Positions 46,121 to 56,372 of a stretch of DNA of 64,000 bases are shown piece after piece. How positions within the stretch are numbered: position 1 is the first letter of the stretch; every line of letters starts with the position of its first letter. Source of the DNA: a virus; IMG/VR virus record IMGVR_UViG_3300008267_000004, positions 123,451 through 187,450 of that record; one strand, given 5' to 3'. The translations under genes were made by a program, and so were the position numbers. The notes below the pieces were generated by a model that did no database searches, was not told the origin of the DNA, and saw only the letters and a list, made by a program, of their open reading frames with translations.

Positions 46121-48115
46121 TTATCTCCTTAATATATTAAAATGATAAGGAAACATTACATTTGTATTAAAAGTATGTCCCCCACCGGCCTTAACTTCTG
46201 CAGCTTCTGCACTTGAATCTAAGTCATTATCACCAACTGTGCTTACATGATAACCAAGCCTGTGAGTGTGTAATATATTTAATTCTAAAGATATCTTAAA
46301 TGATTGAAAACCTATCATATCTGGTCTAGAAATTGTAGCAGCGGTTACACCAGTATTTGAATGAAAGTGAAAAATAGGAGAATTCATATCTGGCTCATAT
46401 TTTACTGATGGTATGTAACATAATAGTCCGTCCCTATCACTTTTTGGATCTGTATTATCTATTAAATTATTAAATCTTACCTGCATTAGAGGTGGAGATG
46501 AAATACTATATACTTGTAAACCAGCTGAAAGTGTATATGTTGGGTACATGTAGGTCATCAATTTTGAAAGTTTTTGATGATTGATATAACCCTCATTATG
46601 ACTAGCAGCAGGAACACTAAAACTTACATTAATTTTTCTAGATGTTCCCTTATATTGTGCAGTTGGATCCATCCTACCAAAAACTTTTTCCGATGACCAT
46701 TCTGCATCAACGCTATCAGAAAAACTTTCTATAAATGCTCTAAATGCAACCTTTTTTCCTGTTGCAATGTGAGTAAAAGCTATTTGAAGATTTGGTCCTT
46801 CAGCATTTGTTCTTGTTTTAGAAGCTGCTCCCGGCGCTTCTCCTATTAATAAATTTTGTTGTCTTCTTGCTTCTCTTAAAGCTGCTAATTCTCTTCCGAG
46901 AGCCTCTCTTTCTGCAAGGTTACTAGCTCCTTTTATTCTGGCTTTTAATAGATCTTCTGCTGCATCTAATCTTTTAGTTCTTTCTTCTTTTGTTTCACCT
47001 TGATACGCAAATCCAGCTGCCTCTAATAATCTTACTTGTCTATCAGTTAATCTTGCAGATGTTGGTTCAGCTTTTACCGCAGCAAGAACTTCAGCCTTGT
47101 CAAAACCAGCTACAGAAGGGTTAGAAGGATCAGAAGCAGCAGCAGCTTGTGCTGTGCCGGCTCTTCTTGCTCTTGTTTCTGCTACGGCTGCATCTTGTGC
47201 TGCCTTTATTGCTTCAGCATCAGCTTTTGCCTGTGCATCTCCAGCATCTAAATTTACTTCTCTTCCTGACGCTCTTTGCTCGGCTGCATATTTTTCTGCA
47301 GCGGCTTTTCGCGCTGCCTGTTCTTCTAATACTGCTTCAGCAGCAGTTGCTTGTCTAATTTCTATTGCTAGTCTTGTTTGCTCATCGTCTAAATTGGGGT
47401 TTCTTCCGGCAGCTTTTTCTTCTAGAACAAATTCTTCTGCTGCTTCTTTTCTAGCTGCATCAACTTCCGCTTTTGCTCTAAAATCGCTAGCAGCTTTTTC
47501 ACCAGCGGCTCGAAGCCTTTTTTGAGATTCTTCTTCTTTTAGAACGTCTTCTGGTTTTTTACCAGCTGCTTTAGCTTCTGCATTTATTACTTCTTCTTCT
47601 GCCTTTGTAGCCTCAGTTCTAGCAGTTTTTTCTCCTATTGCGCGTCTACCAGCTTGTGCTTCGGCTAGATCTTCAGTAGCATCTCTAGCACCTTGACTAG
47701 CACTACCTAATACTTCAGTAGCTACTCTTTCTGCCTCTCTCCTTGCTTGAGCAGCTGCTAATTGATCTCCACTCTTTTCTGCGGCTTCAGCAGCTTGTTC
47801 GGCTTCTCTTATTCTTGCAGCATCTTCTCTTGATATTTTTTTTCCATTAATAACAACGGAACCATCATCTAGTTCTGGTGGAGTGGGAGCATCAGTTTTC
47901 ACTTCAACTTTTTTTTCTGCCTTTTTACCTGCGTCCTTACTGCCTTTTTTACCCTCTTTACCACTACCCTTTCCTGATCCCTTACCAGATCCACTACCTG
48001 TTTTACTCGATGCTTTTCCACCACCAGTCTTAGCAGCTGGTTTAGCTTCCGTTTTAGCAGCCGGCTGACCTGGAGATTTAATTGGTTCTGCGTGTGATGT
48101 TCCGTTGTGTGCCAT
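46121..48115 (-). CDS. baseplate tail-tube initiator-like domain with a long Ala/Glu/Lys-rich N-terminal extension
   Basis: C-terminal FRAFIESFSDS...W..EKVFGRMDP..QYKGT.RKI...F...PPL.V.FNNL. Confidence 0.6.
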   Translation of the reverse strand: MAHNGTSHAEPIKSPGQPAAKTEAKPAAKTGGGKASSKTGSGSGKGSGKGSGKEGKKGSKDAGKKAEKKVEVKTDAPTPPELDDGSVVINGKKISREDAARIREAEQAAEAAEKSGDQLAAAQARREAERVATEVLGSASQGARDATEDLAEAQAGRRAIGEKTARTEATKAEEEVINAEAKAAGKKPEDVLKEEESQKRLRAAGEKAASDFRAKAEVDAARKEAAEEFVLEEKAAGRNPNLDDEQTRLAIEIRQATAAEAVLEEQAARKAAAEKYAAEQRASGREVNLDAGDAQAKADAEAIKAAQDAAVAETRARRAGTAQAAAASDPSNPSVAGFDKAEVLAAVKAEPTSARLTDRQVRLLEAAGFAYQGETKEERTKRLDAAEDLLKARIKGASNLAEREALGRELAALREARRQQNLLIGEAPGAASKTRTNAEGPNLQIAFTHIATGKKVAFRAFIESFSDSVDAEWSSEKVFGRMDPTAQYKGTSRKINVSFSVPAASHNEGYINHQKLSKLMTYMYPTYTLSAGLQVYSISSPPLMQVRFNNLIDNTDPKSDRDGLLCYIPSVKYEPDMNSPIFHFHSNTGVTAATISRPDMIGFQSFKISLELNILHTHRLGYHVSTVGDNDLDSSAEAAEVKAGGGHTFNTNVMFPYHFNILRR

Positions 48116-48123
48116 TTTTTATC

Positions 48124-50904
48124 CTATCCTGCTATTAAAGTTCCTGTTTTAATTTCTATACCTGGAGCTACTTTTTTAACTAGTTCTGCAAACATTCTTT
48201 CATCAACTTTAATTACATATGATCCGCCACCTCCAGAATTAGCACCAGCACTTGTCATCTTGCTTCTTGCATCGCCAACAATTTCAACTATCTTAGATAA
48301 TAATTTAACAACAGGATCATCTTCCACTTCATTTTCTGAAACACTTACAACATATTCCTTTGCTTCTTTTAATAATCTAATTGTTGGGTCTATATTATCG
48401 GAAGATATTTGTTTTATCTCACTTAATACTTGTTTTAAGTTATCATTAGAGACTTTAAATCCTATTGCTTTTTCTGCTGGATATTCGTCATACGCTTCAT
48501 TAATATTCTCAATCGCACTAGCTACTGCTTTTGACGCTAACCATGCAGGACCGGCAGCAATTGCCAATCCAGCAAAAGATAATGCTAAGGCACCAATTCC
48601 ACCAGCTAATATCCAAACACCAGCTGAAAGGGCTAATATTGTTGGAACTATACCATCAACTTGAACTAATTCAACAAATTTTTCTACCAGTAGTGATAAA
48701 CCAGCAGCAGCTACTCCAATACCTATACCTATCATAAGTACTGCAGCACCAAATGCCAACATTGGTATCGCTGCAACGCCAGCTGTAGTTGCAACTGCAA
48801 TAAGAGCTGTAGCCATTAAATACATAACGCCGACAAGTAATCCTATTGCAACAACTGCTCCTATTATTTGTTCACCAGATAAACCACTAAACGCTTTAAC
48901 TAATTCAGCCATACCAGTAGCTGCTAACCAAACAGCACCACCTATTTCTAACATTGCAAAGCCAAATGCTATAGCAGGTTTAATTAATGGCTCTAATGCT
49001 TTTCCTATAGCGTCAAAAGCCATAGGTAAAGTAGTAGAAAGAGTATCGGTAAGAATAGGAGAATGTGGAACTGATAACACATCATGAACATCATGGAAAG
49101 ATTCCCACAACATCATTATAAGAGGTATTAAACTAATTAAAGTGCCTATAAATCCACCCATAGATATGTTAGATAATGATTTTGCGCCTGCTTTTACAGA
49201 AGAGAAAAATCCCGTACCAGCTGCTCTAGCAGTTGAAAATGCAGTTCTAGCCGCAGACATATTTGTTCTTATTGCTGAATATGAAGATTTCATACTTTCC
49301 CAAACACTTGTACGCATATCATTAAATGCTGGTATTAATTTTGAAGAAATCATTTTTGCTAGCAATAACCCAACTATAATTATACCTGCACGACCACCTG
49401 TTTTATCATTAAATTCCATAAATTTTGTTACAACCGCATCTATAACTTTAACAAAAGGCATAACAACACCAGTAACAACCTGAAACATCGCATGAATTTT
49501 TCCCATGACATCAACTGCTTGTTCTTGCAATTGATTCATTTGTTTCTGGGATGCCTCTTCTTTTTCTCTAGCCTTTCTAACTTGATCTGTCTCTTGACCT
49601 AACATTTTCATCATTTCTGCTTCATTACCACCAGCGAGAATATTAGCAAGAGCCTGTCTTTCTTGTTTGTTCATTGTTGCTACGTTTTTTCCTGTAGCTT
49701 CCATACTTCTTTTAATAATTTCTGTACGTTGGCTTTCGTCTGCATTTAGAAGTTCTATTGAATTTAAATAATCTCCACCCATGAATGCATTAAACTTACC
49801 AGCAGCAGATGCAGCACCTTCAAAGGTATCCATCTGTTTTCCAACAATGTTCATCAATGAACTAACTTCCATACCTAAAGCTTTAGATTGTTTTGCTAGA
49901 TTTTCAAATACTGTTACAGATTGTTTACCTTGTGCTGCCAAAGAGGGTCCAACTGCTGCATAATCTGCTAACATTTTTTTCGTAGATATACCAGAAGCAT
50001 ATGCCACTCTAGATAATTTATTTGTAACCGCAGCTGCCTCTGCACCTGTAAATCCAAGAGCACTCTTTAGGTGATTTAATATTGGTCCTTGTTCTGAATA
50101 AGAAGCGCCAAGTTTTTCTAGCTGTGCGGCTTGACCAACCATTATTTGTTTATTTCTTTCAGATTCATTTGAGAAAGAAGTCATAGAATCTCTTAAGCCG
50201 ATATTTGCGGCCATTAATTCTTTCGCTCCTATACCAAATCTTGTAAATGTAGTTCGTACCTCACCGTTTAAACTTCTTGTTTGTCCTACAAATATACCTA
50301 AAGATTTATTGGATTCTCTAAAAAAATCACTAAAAGGAGCATATGTATCATCTATTGTAGCCCCAGAAAGAACCAACTCTTTACGCATTTGCATAAATTC
50401 ACCAGCAATTTGACCTAAACCCTGTGGTGAAAGCATGGACATAGCAGTTTGTATGCCCATAAAATTTCCTATGGACTCCACCATTTGCTGGTTTAATTGT
50501 TTTGAATCTTCTAATTCTTTCTTTCTATCTCTTGTTTCTTGTTCTTTTACTTTGAGTCGTTTAAGTTCTAGCTCATATTCTTCTAGAGATAAATCATGCG
50601 ACTCTAATCGTTGCTTTAAAATTTGTTTATCTAAATCAAATTGTAGTTTTGCTATCTTTTCTTTATTTTTTTCTATTTTTTGAATATCTTCTTCTAATAC
50701 AGCCGTTCTCTTTAACGCTTCATTTTTTTCTTTTAAAGCTTCTATCTGGGCTTCTATAGCTTTAGAATTGACAGGCGCAGAAGGTGTTGCCCCAGCTGGA
50801 GGTGTGGTAGATCCCCCGCCGTCGTCAGAATCGGAAGATCTTTTATCTGCTAAGTTTTCTATAGCCTTTAATAGGTCTTGGAGTAATTTTGAATCTTCAG
50901 CCAT
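48124..50904 (-). CDS. tail tape measure protein
   Basis: 926 aa helical protein with Ala/Gly-rich hydrophobic repeats, downstream of the tube and chaperone genes. Confidence 0.8.
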   Translation of the reverse strand: MAEDSKLLQDLLKAIENLADKRSSDSDDGGGSTTPPAGATPSAPVNSKAIEAQIEALKEKNEALKRTAVLEEDIQKIEKNKEKIAKLQFDLDKQILKQRLESHDLSLEEYELELKRLKVKEQETRDRKKELEDSKQLNQQMVESIGNFMGIQTAMSMLSPQGLGQIAGEFMQMRKELVLSGATIDDTYAPFSDFFRESNKSLGIFVGQTRSLNGEVRTTFTRFGIGAKELMAANIGLRDSMTSFSNESERNKQIMVGQAAQLEKLGASYSEQGPILNHLKSALGFTGAEAAAVTNKLSRVAYASGISTKKMLADYAAVGPSLAAQGKQSVTVFENLAKQSKALGMEVSSLMNIVGKQMDTFEGAASAAGKFNAFMGGDYLNSIELLNADESQRTEIIKRSMEATGKNVATMNKQERQALANILAGGNEAEMMKMLGQETDQVRKAREKEEASQKQMNQLQEQAVDVMGKIHAMFQVVTGVVMPFVKVIDAVVTKFMEFNDKTGGRAGIIIVGLLLAKMISSKLIPAFNDMRTSVWESMKSSYSAIRTNMSAARTAFSTARAAGTGFFSSVKAGAKSLSNISMGGFIGTLISLIPLIMMLWESFHDVHDVLSVPHSPILTDTLSTTLPMAFDAIGKALEPLIKPAIAFGFAMLEIGGAVWLAATGMAELVKAFSGLSGEQIIGAVVAIGLLVGVMYLMATALIAVATTAGVAAIPMLAFGAAVLMIGIGIGVAAAGLSLLVEKFVELVQVDGIVPTILALSAGVWILAGGIGALALSFAGLAIAAGPAWLASKAVASAIENINEAYDEYPAEKAIGFKVSNDNLKQVLSEIKQISSDNIDPTIRLLKEAKEYVVSVSENEVEDDPVVKLLSKIVEIVGDARSKMTSAGANSGGGGSYVIKVDERMFAELVKKVAPGIEIKTGTLIAG

Positions 50905-50934
50905 ATTTATTCCACCATTTTAGTAATTTATAAA

Positions 50935-50942
50935 TAAATAGT
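50935..50942 (-). promoter_or_regulatory. putative phage late promoter
   Basis: Sense ACTATTTA upstream of the tape measure gene. Confidence 0.65.
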
Positions 50943-50950
50943 ATATACAA

Positions 50951-50979
50951 AAAAAGTGAGTGGAAATTCCACTCACTTT
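50951..50979 (-). terminator. intrinsic terminator
   Basis: AAAGTGAGTGGAA/TTCCACTCACTTT stem with U7 tail. Confidence 0.8.
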
Positions 50980-50980
50980 A

Positions 50981-51172
50981 TTATTTGCTCCTACTGGATG
51001 CTTTCTTAATTTGATCCGCTTCTGCTTTAATTTGTTCTGTTAGTTTTTCTACAAACCATTTTCTCAATGGTACTGGTAAATTGTAACATTCAAATAAACT
51101 CCAACCACCATAGTATTTGAGATAAAAGAACTGCTCATATACATTTTCTTGGTATTCATCACTTAGGCCAAA
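50981..51172 (-). CDS. gp51-like tail-assembly chaperone extension reached by frameshifting (no start codon of its own)
   Basis: +1 frame after TTT-TTT-TGG reads FGLSDEYQENVYEQFFYLKYYGGWSLFECYNLPVPLRKWFVEKLTEQIKAEADQIKKASSRSK. Confidence 0.7.
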   Translation of the reverse strand, partial: FGLSDEYQENVYEQFFYLKYYGGWSLFECYNLPVPLRKWFVEKLTEQIKAEADQIKKASSRSK

Positions 51173-52022
51173 AAAATTCAGCGGTTAGAGGCACCTCCAT
51201 AACCTCTTCATGATCACATGATTTGCAAGTGAAAGTATTTTTTAAATCTAATCCTGGAATTCTTTTATCATATTCTTTTCTTAGGAATCTTGAATCCGAC
51301 GCAGGCATAACCTCTAATGCTTTTTCAATGATTGCTCTATCAAATACTCCATTTATTGAAACAACTAATAAATTTAATTGTTGCATTAATGTCATATTTT
51401 CTTTTGTTTTATCCGTTATATACGCAACAATCTTTTTTTCATCATGACCAGATAAAGCGCGACATTCAATTTTCCAACCAGTAGAAGGTAGATTTAAATA
51501 AAATGTTCCCTGTTCAGTTATTTCAGAAACAACTTCTTGATCTTCTTCTAAAGATTCCTCTAATTTTTCCAAAAGATCAAATGTATATTTTGTTTTAGTC
51601 TGGCATGATGGACAAATTATTGATGTTACATAACTTTTTCCATATGCCGAAATTCTTGCAGAAACTAAGATAGCATTTCTATCAGAAATTAACATATCTC
51701 CTGGATTAACGCGTTTATCTACTATAAGAGATTCAAGTAATCTCTCCAAGGCAACACCTTTTTTTATAAAAGATCTATTAGTTAATATATCTTCTTCTTT
51801 TGCCGTCATCTGTTTTATTTCTACATTAGAAACATCTCTTAAAGGATGACCGTCAGGATAAAATTTACCTTGTGAAGGCAGTTCTATAAATTCTGTTGGA
51901 GCAACAAAATTTAAATTTAAACCACCAGAACTATTTTGAACTTTACTTTCTAAAGCTAGAATTTCATCATTTTGTTCTAAACTTTTTTTAGATCCCAGTC
52001 TTTCTTGATTATTTCTCATCAA
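51159..52022 (-). CDS. baseplate hub assembly / tail assembly chaperone (T4 gp26-like)
   Basis: IELPSQGKFYP, MTAKEEDILT, DR.AILVSAR..AYG, CPSC and CKSC zinc pairs, terminal EFFWP. Confidence 0.75.
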   Translation of the reverse strand: MMRNNQERLGSKKSLEQNDEILALESKVQNSSGGLNLNFVAPTEFIELPSQGKFYPDGHPLRDVSNVEIKQMTAKEEDILTNRSFIKKGVALERLLESLIVDKRVNPGDMLISDRNAILVSARISAYGKSYVTSIICPSCQTKTKYTFDLLEKLEESLEEDQEVVSEITEQGTFYLNLPSTGWKIECRALSGHDEKKIVAYITDKTKENMTLMQQLNLLVVSINGVFDRAIIEKALEVMPASDSRFLRKEYDKRIPGLDLKNTFTCKSCDHEEVMEVPLTAEFFWPK

Positions 52023-52039
52023 TTCCTCTACTTTCTGTA

Positions 52040-52633
52040 TTATTTACCATCGCTAACAAGAGTTTGGCCTGCTGCATCATCTAGTGTAGCATAGTCGTAT
52101 TTAATTGTTACATCTATATTTAATATATCTTCTGCTGAATAGTCTAATGAATCAAATTTTACTTCTGTAAATAAACAATTCCATAAATACCAAGTTTCAA
52201 TGGCAGTACCTCCAGCATCTAGAAGCTTTAAACCTATTGATTTTCCACCAGCGGCTGACGCGGGAGCCTCTGGTGTACTTGTTGTTCCACTTGTTAATTG
52301 AGCGATTGCATTGGCTTTACTTATTGTACCCCATTCATTATCTTTAGTAGGATAAATATATCCAGCAGTTATTAGAGCATCAATTAAAGTAGAATCTCCA
52401 AGTGCTGCATCGTTTGCTGTAACGGTTGAAGCAAACGTAACTGATATTGGATCCCATTCAAGTCTACCTGGATAGTAATAGAAATGATTTAAATATTTAT
52501 GAGTAACTTCAGAAATTTTCATGGTCGGTCTGGAGGCTTTCTTAAGAGCATATCTCATTCCAGCTAGCTTTCCGTCAAATTCCATAACCCATCTATATTG
52601 TCTTAGTGGTTCTTTTCCTTCATTCCAAAACAT
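52040..52633 (-). CDS. tail tube protein (gp19-like), copy 2
   Basis: EPLRQYRW, KKASRP, YYYPGRLEWDPI.VTF, ETW.L...FT.VKFDSLDY, TIKYD. Confidence 0.85.
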   Translation of the reverse strand: MFWNEGKEPLRQYRWVMEFDGKLAGMRYALKKASRPTMKISEVTHKYLNHFYYYPGRLEWDPISVTFASTVTANDAALGDSTLIDALITAGYIYPTKDNEWGTISKANAIAQLTSGTTSTPEAPASAAGGKSIGLKLLDAGGTAIETWYLWNCLFTEVKFDSLDYSAEDILNIDVTIKYDYATLDDAAGQTLVSDGK

Positions 52634-52690
52634 CTTTTTTTCCTCTTTTGAATATAGATTGTTCGCGTTGTAGCTATAGTAACAATATTA

Positions 52691-53272
52691 TTATGTTGGG
52701 CGCGCTGCTGCTTTTGCAACAGCACCAACATTTGATGCAAGTTTTGCAGTATCATATCTGATTGTTACTTCAATATCAATAACTTCTTCGCTTTCATAAG
52801 ATAATTCACCAAATTTAATATTTGTAAAGAATGGGTGAGTTAACGTCCAAGTTTCTAATGTGGCACCTGCAGCATCAATTTGAATTATTTCTATAGCTCC
52901 AACATTTGATGTAAAACCAGCTTTTGAAACTCCTCTTAAAGCACCCGCTTCGGTAGAAGGAACTATATATCCAGCTGTATCTCCTGATGCTGTTCCCTTT
53001 AATATTCTTAAAAGTCTATGATCTAATTTTGGAACCGCAACAAAAGTTACGTTAATTGGATTCCATTCTACTCTACCAGGATAATAAAAATTATAGTTTC
53101 CAAATTTATGTGTTATGTCTGAAACTTTAAAACTTGGCTTATCTACTTTTTTTAGCGCATAAGTATATTGATCACCAGTTCCACCACTCTTAGTTTCGTC
53201 TTTAAAATTTGGAATATTCATTTTCCATCTATTTTTTCTTAACGGTTCAACTTGACCTTCCCAGAATGCCAT
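52691..53272 (-). CDS. tail tube protein (gp19-like), copy 1
   Basis: EPLRKNRW, KKVDKP, FYYPGRVEWNPI.VTF, ETW.L..PFFT.IKFGELSY, TIRYD. Confidence 0.85.
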   Translation of the reverse strand: MAFWEGQVEPLRKNRWKMNIPNFKDETKSGGTGDQYTYALKKVDKPSFKVSDITHKFGNYNFYYPGRVEWNPINVTFVAVPKLDHRLLRILKGTASGDTAGYIVPSTEAGALRGVSKAGFTSNVGAIEIIQIDAAGATLETWTLTHPFFTNIKFGELSYESEEVIDIEVTIRYDTAKLASNVGAVAKAAARPT

Positions 53273-53293
53273 TTTTTTTTCCTCTGTTTAACT

Positions 53294-53301
53294 TAATTAG
53301 A
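53294..53301 (-). promoter_or_regulatory. putative late promoter variant
   Basis: Sense TCTAATTA upstream of tail tube copy 1. Confidence 0.45.
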
Positions 53302-53315
53302 TAGAAATTTAATTT

Positions 53316-56297
53316 TTAATCGTCAAAAGAAGCGCCAGTATTTGTTAATATAAAGTCTACTGCGATAAATTCAATTGCTCTAGCAGGTTTTAAGAATACT
53401 TTTGCGTATACTATATTTCTATCTATTAGTTCTGGAGTTGTTGTAGTCTCGTCTAATGTAACTCTATATTCAGTAATACCAAATCTTGATTGAATTCCAT
53501 TTAGGAAAGGCACTACTTCATTTAAGAATCTTGCCCAAGTTGTTGAAAGGTTAGGATCAAATAAAATTGAGGTTGCAATTCTGCTAACTTCTTTTTTAAC
53601 ATATATCATCAAACGACGTACATTGATACGATCTAGAGCGGTAGGTGTTGCTTGAAGTGTCTTTTGTCCAAACACAACAATACCTTCTGCTGGGAAACTT
53701 GCGATAGGGTTAATATTAACTTCATATAGTCTATCACGATCTTTAGAAGTTAATTTACTCTTAACACCTACTACTGGGAATCCAGCTGCACCATTTGATA
53801 ATCCACCGCGATTAAATCCTGCTGGTGCAAACCATAATTCAGATGCAGTTTCACTACTTCCCATTACACCTAGAGCAACTACAGAAGAAGGAAGTGCTAC
53901 AAGTGCATTTGCTGCTGTATCTGTTGCTAAAACAGCAGGGAAGAATGTACAACCATAAGAGTTATTAATTCCTCTAGATCTCATCTGTAATACAGCTGTG
54001 TCTACATCTGGTTTTACTTCAACATTTGCGCTGTTATATGATTCCCAAGAAGACTTAAAATCTCCTGGGATATCGATAATTGCTAATGCATCACCTCTTT
54101 GTTCACATACTTCCATTAATTTATTTGTTAATACTACGTTTTGTACTCCAGGAATTGTCATAATATTTGTTTCTACAACTTCTGGGTCGCTTACGGAATC
54201 AATTGCTACTTTTATAGAATTTACAGCATAGCTTGTTGTTTCATCTTTATCAGTACCAGAATATGCTCCTAATGGTCTTCCGCTTCCTTCAGAAAATGGT
54301 TCTTTTTCTGTAATATCAAATCCATTAAATCCTCCAAATAGAGGCATTGTAAATCTTGCAACTCTTTGGAAGTTTGTTCCACCGAGACCATATTGTGCTC
54401 CTGAGCCGGTTAAGAATCCATTTTTTGCTGTTACAGAAGAACCAGCTAGGCGGCTTCCTACTGCCCAATATGCTGTATTTAAATTGGAACCAGTAACTTC
54501 ATCTGAGCCTGTGTTAGAAGGACTATTTTTAAATTTAACGTCATCTAGAGAGAATAATGTTGAATAGGTTAATAATCCAGAAGTATCCTCATTGATATTT
54601 TGTGGATTAACTCTAACGATATCTGTAAATTGTTGGTCAAATAATTTTGTGCTACCAATCTTGGTCTTTAGACCGAAAAATACTCTGTCAATAGAAGTTG
54701 CAGAAGAGTCAACAGTTGAGTCTTCAACAAATGGTAATTCTGGGAATGCTAAACTTGCTGTATAAACAGCGTTTCCACTGATTGATGTTGCAGATGTTAA
54801 TAGTGAGTTAAAGAACACAGTATTCATAAATACTGGGCCTGCTGAAGATGTAGCAACACTGTGTGTTCCGGTTCCAGATCCAGATACTAAGATTGTATTA
54901 AATTTCTTAGGACCATAGAAACCAAATGGTAGTAAGTCCGCTAAATCATCACCAGCGCCTGCATCAATAGCACCATCTACTTCTACACGAACAAATTTTG
55001 ATAGATTTTGATAAGTTCCGTATTCAATAAACATTTTCTTATCATAATCCCAAGTAGAATAAACATCACCAATTCTTTTAGCGATATAATTTGGAGATAC
55101 TGGGTTAAGGTTTACATTAGAAAATACTTCTAATGGTTGCATATTTTGATCATCATCATCAACCTTGCGGATCATTACAGTAAATGTACCATATTTTTCA
55201 TATCTAGTAGGAGATGGTTTAATATCTGTAATTGAAGTTTTGATATTATTTTGATTCCATTCACCTTCAGAAAGACTTACAAATCTAAATAATTTCTGTA
55301 CTGGATATTCGCCTCTTGAGTTAGGAACAAAGTCTGTATGTAAACCTTTGTGTTGTCCAATTACCCATCCTGAGTTGGAAGATGCTGCATTTTGTCTAAA
55401 ATTACCACCATCTTTTGCGATAGAATCTGTATCTGTACCTTTTAATGCTACAATTGTTGCTGCATAGCTTTGATTGGTTCCAGCAGAAGCAGTTACTTGT
55501 CTAGTAACAAATGTTTCAAAAGATTCACCTAGGAAGTAATCTTTTTTATTACTTGTAGAGTTAATAGCAGAATTTATGGATGCTGGATTTGTGTTAAATA
55601 CGTTTCTAATAAATTTCTTACTTGATGGATCAAAATTAAAGTTTGTAGTTGTTGTAGCTCCAGCACTGTCAACAACTCTTAGTTTAAACTCCATATTGCC
55701 ATGAACAGAAGAACGTACCCAAGTTGCACCGCTACCTGTAATACTTTCAGATGATCCTGAAAGAGGAGAACCAACTAAACCAACAGTTCCGTAGTTAACA
55801 TAAAATACAGCTGCTAAAGCACCAGTTGTAGGTGGCATTGCATAAGTATTAGCAGAAGATGATGTTATACTTGTTACAAATAAACCATAAGCGCCTGCAT
55901 TTGCAGCAGCAGTTGTAATTGATGTTGGTAGAGCGTTAATTTGCCATCCAGCAAAACCAGTAGACGATGCATATTTATTTTGGAATCCACCCAATCTTAC
56001 GAATGTTACAGGCCCATTAAAAGCTAAATATGCTTTTGCAGCATACGCACCATATGCTGGTGCTTGTGTTACTGCGGCTCTCCAAACATCTCCATTATAA
56101 CCACCTGGATTTGGCTCACCAAATACTTCAACAAAGTCTGCGTAAGAATCAACCCTAATAGGTCTCATCATTGGTCCCTTCACGGAACGACCAATAATAG
56201 TTGGACCCATTGCTGGTGCTTCGGTTGGTGTTCTAGATTTATCTATTTCTTTTACATATACACCAGGTGATACAAATTTAAATCTTGAGATGGACAT
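53316..56297 (-). CDS. contractile tail sheath protein (gp18-like)
   Basis: FVSPGVYVKEID, WFAPAGFNRG, RD.LY...INPI, GQKTLQ..P.ALDRINVRRL, PARAIEFI. Confidence 0.93.
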   Translation of the reverse strand: MSISRFKFVSPGVYVKEIDKSRTPTEAPAMGPTIIGRSVKGPMMRPIRVDSYADFVEVFGEPNPGGYNGDVWRAAVTQAPAYGAYAAKAYLAFNGPVTFVRLGGFQNKYASSTGFAGWQINALPTSITTAAANAGAYGLFVTSITSSSANTYAMPPTTGALAAVFYVNYGTVGLVGSPLSGSSESITGSGATWVRSSVHGNMEFKLRVVDSAGATTTTNFNFDPSSKKFIRNVFNTNPASINSAINSTSNKKDYFLGESFETFVTRQVTASAGTNQSYAATIVALKGTDTDSIAKDGGNFRQNAASSNSGWVIGQHKGLHTDFVPNSRGEYPVQKLFRFVSLSEGEWNQNNIKTSITDIKPSPTRYEKYGTFTVMIRKVDDDDQNMQPLEVFSNVNLNPVSPNYIAKRIGDVYSTWDYDKKMFIEYGTYQNLSKFVRVEVDGAIDAGAGDDLADLLPFGFYGPKKFNTILVSGSGTGTHSVATSSAGPVFMNTVFFNSLLTSATSISGNAVYTASLAFPELPFVEDSTVDSSATSIDRVFFGLKTKIGSTKLFDQQFTDIVRVNPQNINEDTSGLLTYSTLFSLDDVKFKNSPSNTGSDEVTGSNLNTAYWAVGSRLAGSSVTAKNGFLTGSGAQYGLGGTNFQRVARFTMPLFGGFNGFDITEKEPFSEGSGRPLGAYSGTDKDETTSYAVNSIKVAIDSVSDPEVVETNIMTIPGVQNVVLTNKLMEVCEQRGDALAIIDIPGDFKSSWESYNSANVEVKPDVDTAVLQMRSRGINNSYGCTFFPAVLATDTAANALVALPSSVVALGVMGSSETASELWFAPAGFNRGGLSNGAAGFPVVGVKSKLTSKDRDRLYEVNINPIASFPAEGIVVFGQKTLQATPTALDRINVRRLMIYVKKEVSRIATSILFDPNLSTTWARFLNEVVPFLNGIQSRFGITEYRVTLDETTTTPELIDRNIVYAKVFLKPARAIEFIAVDFILTNTGASFDD

Positions 56298-56341
56298 ACT
56301 TTATTTCTCCTTGAGGGATAGAGATTCGTGATAATTTATTA

Positions 56342-56349
56342 TAAATAGT
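56342..56349 (-). promoter_or_regulatory. putative phage late promoter
   Basis: Sense ACTATTTA upstream of the sheath gene. Confidence 0.65.
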
Positions 56350-56372
56350 TAACTGTGTTTGCAAATGTCATT

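Noticed and set aside
50929-56347. T4-type late promoter TATAAATA on the plus strand (50929-50936, 56340-56347)
   Set aside because: It is antisense to all genes and arises from AT-rich sequence overlapping or adjacent to the ACTATTTA motif; the other motif sites lack the full TATAAATA.
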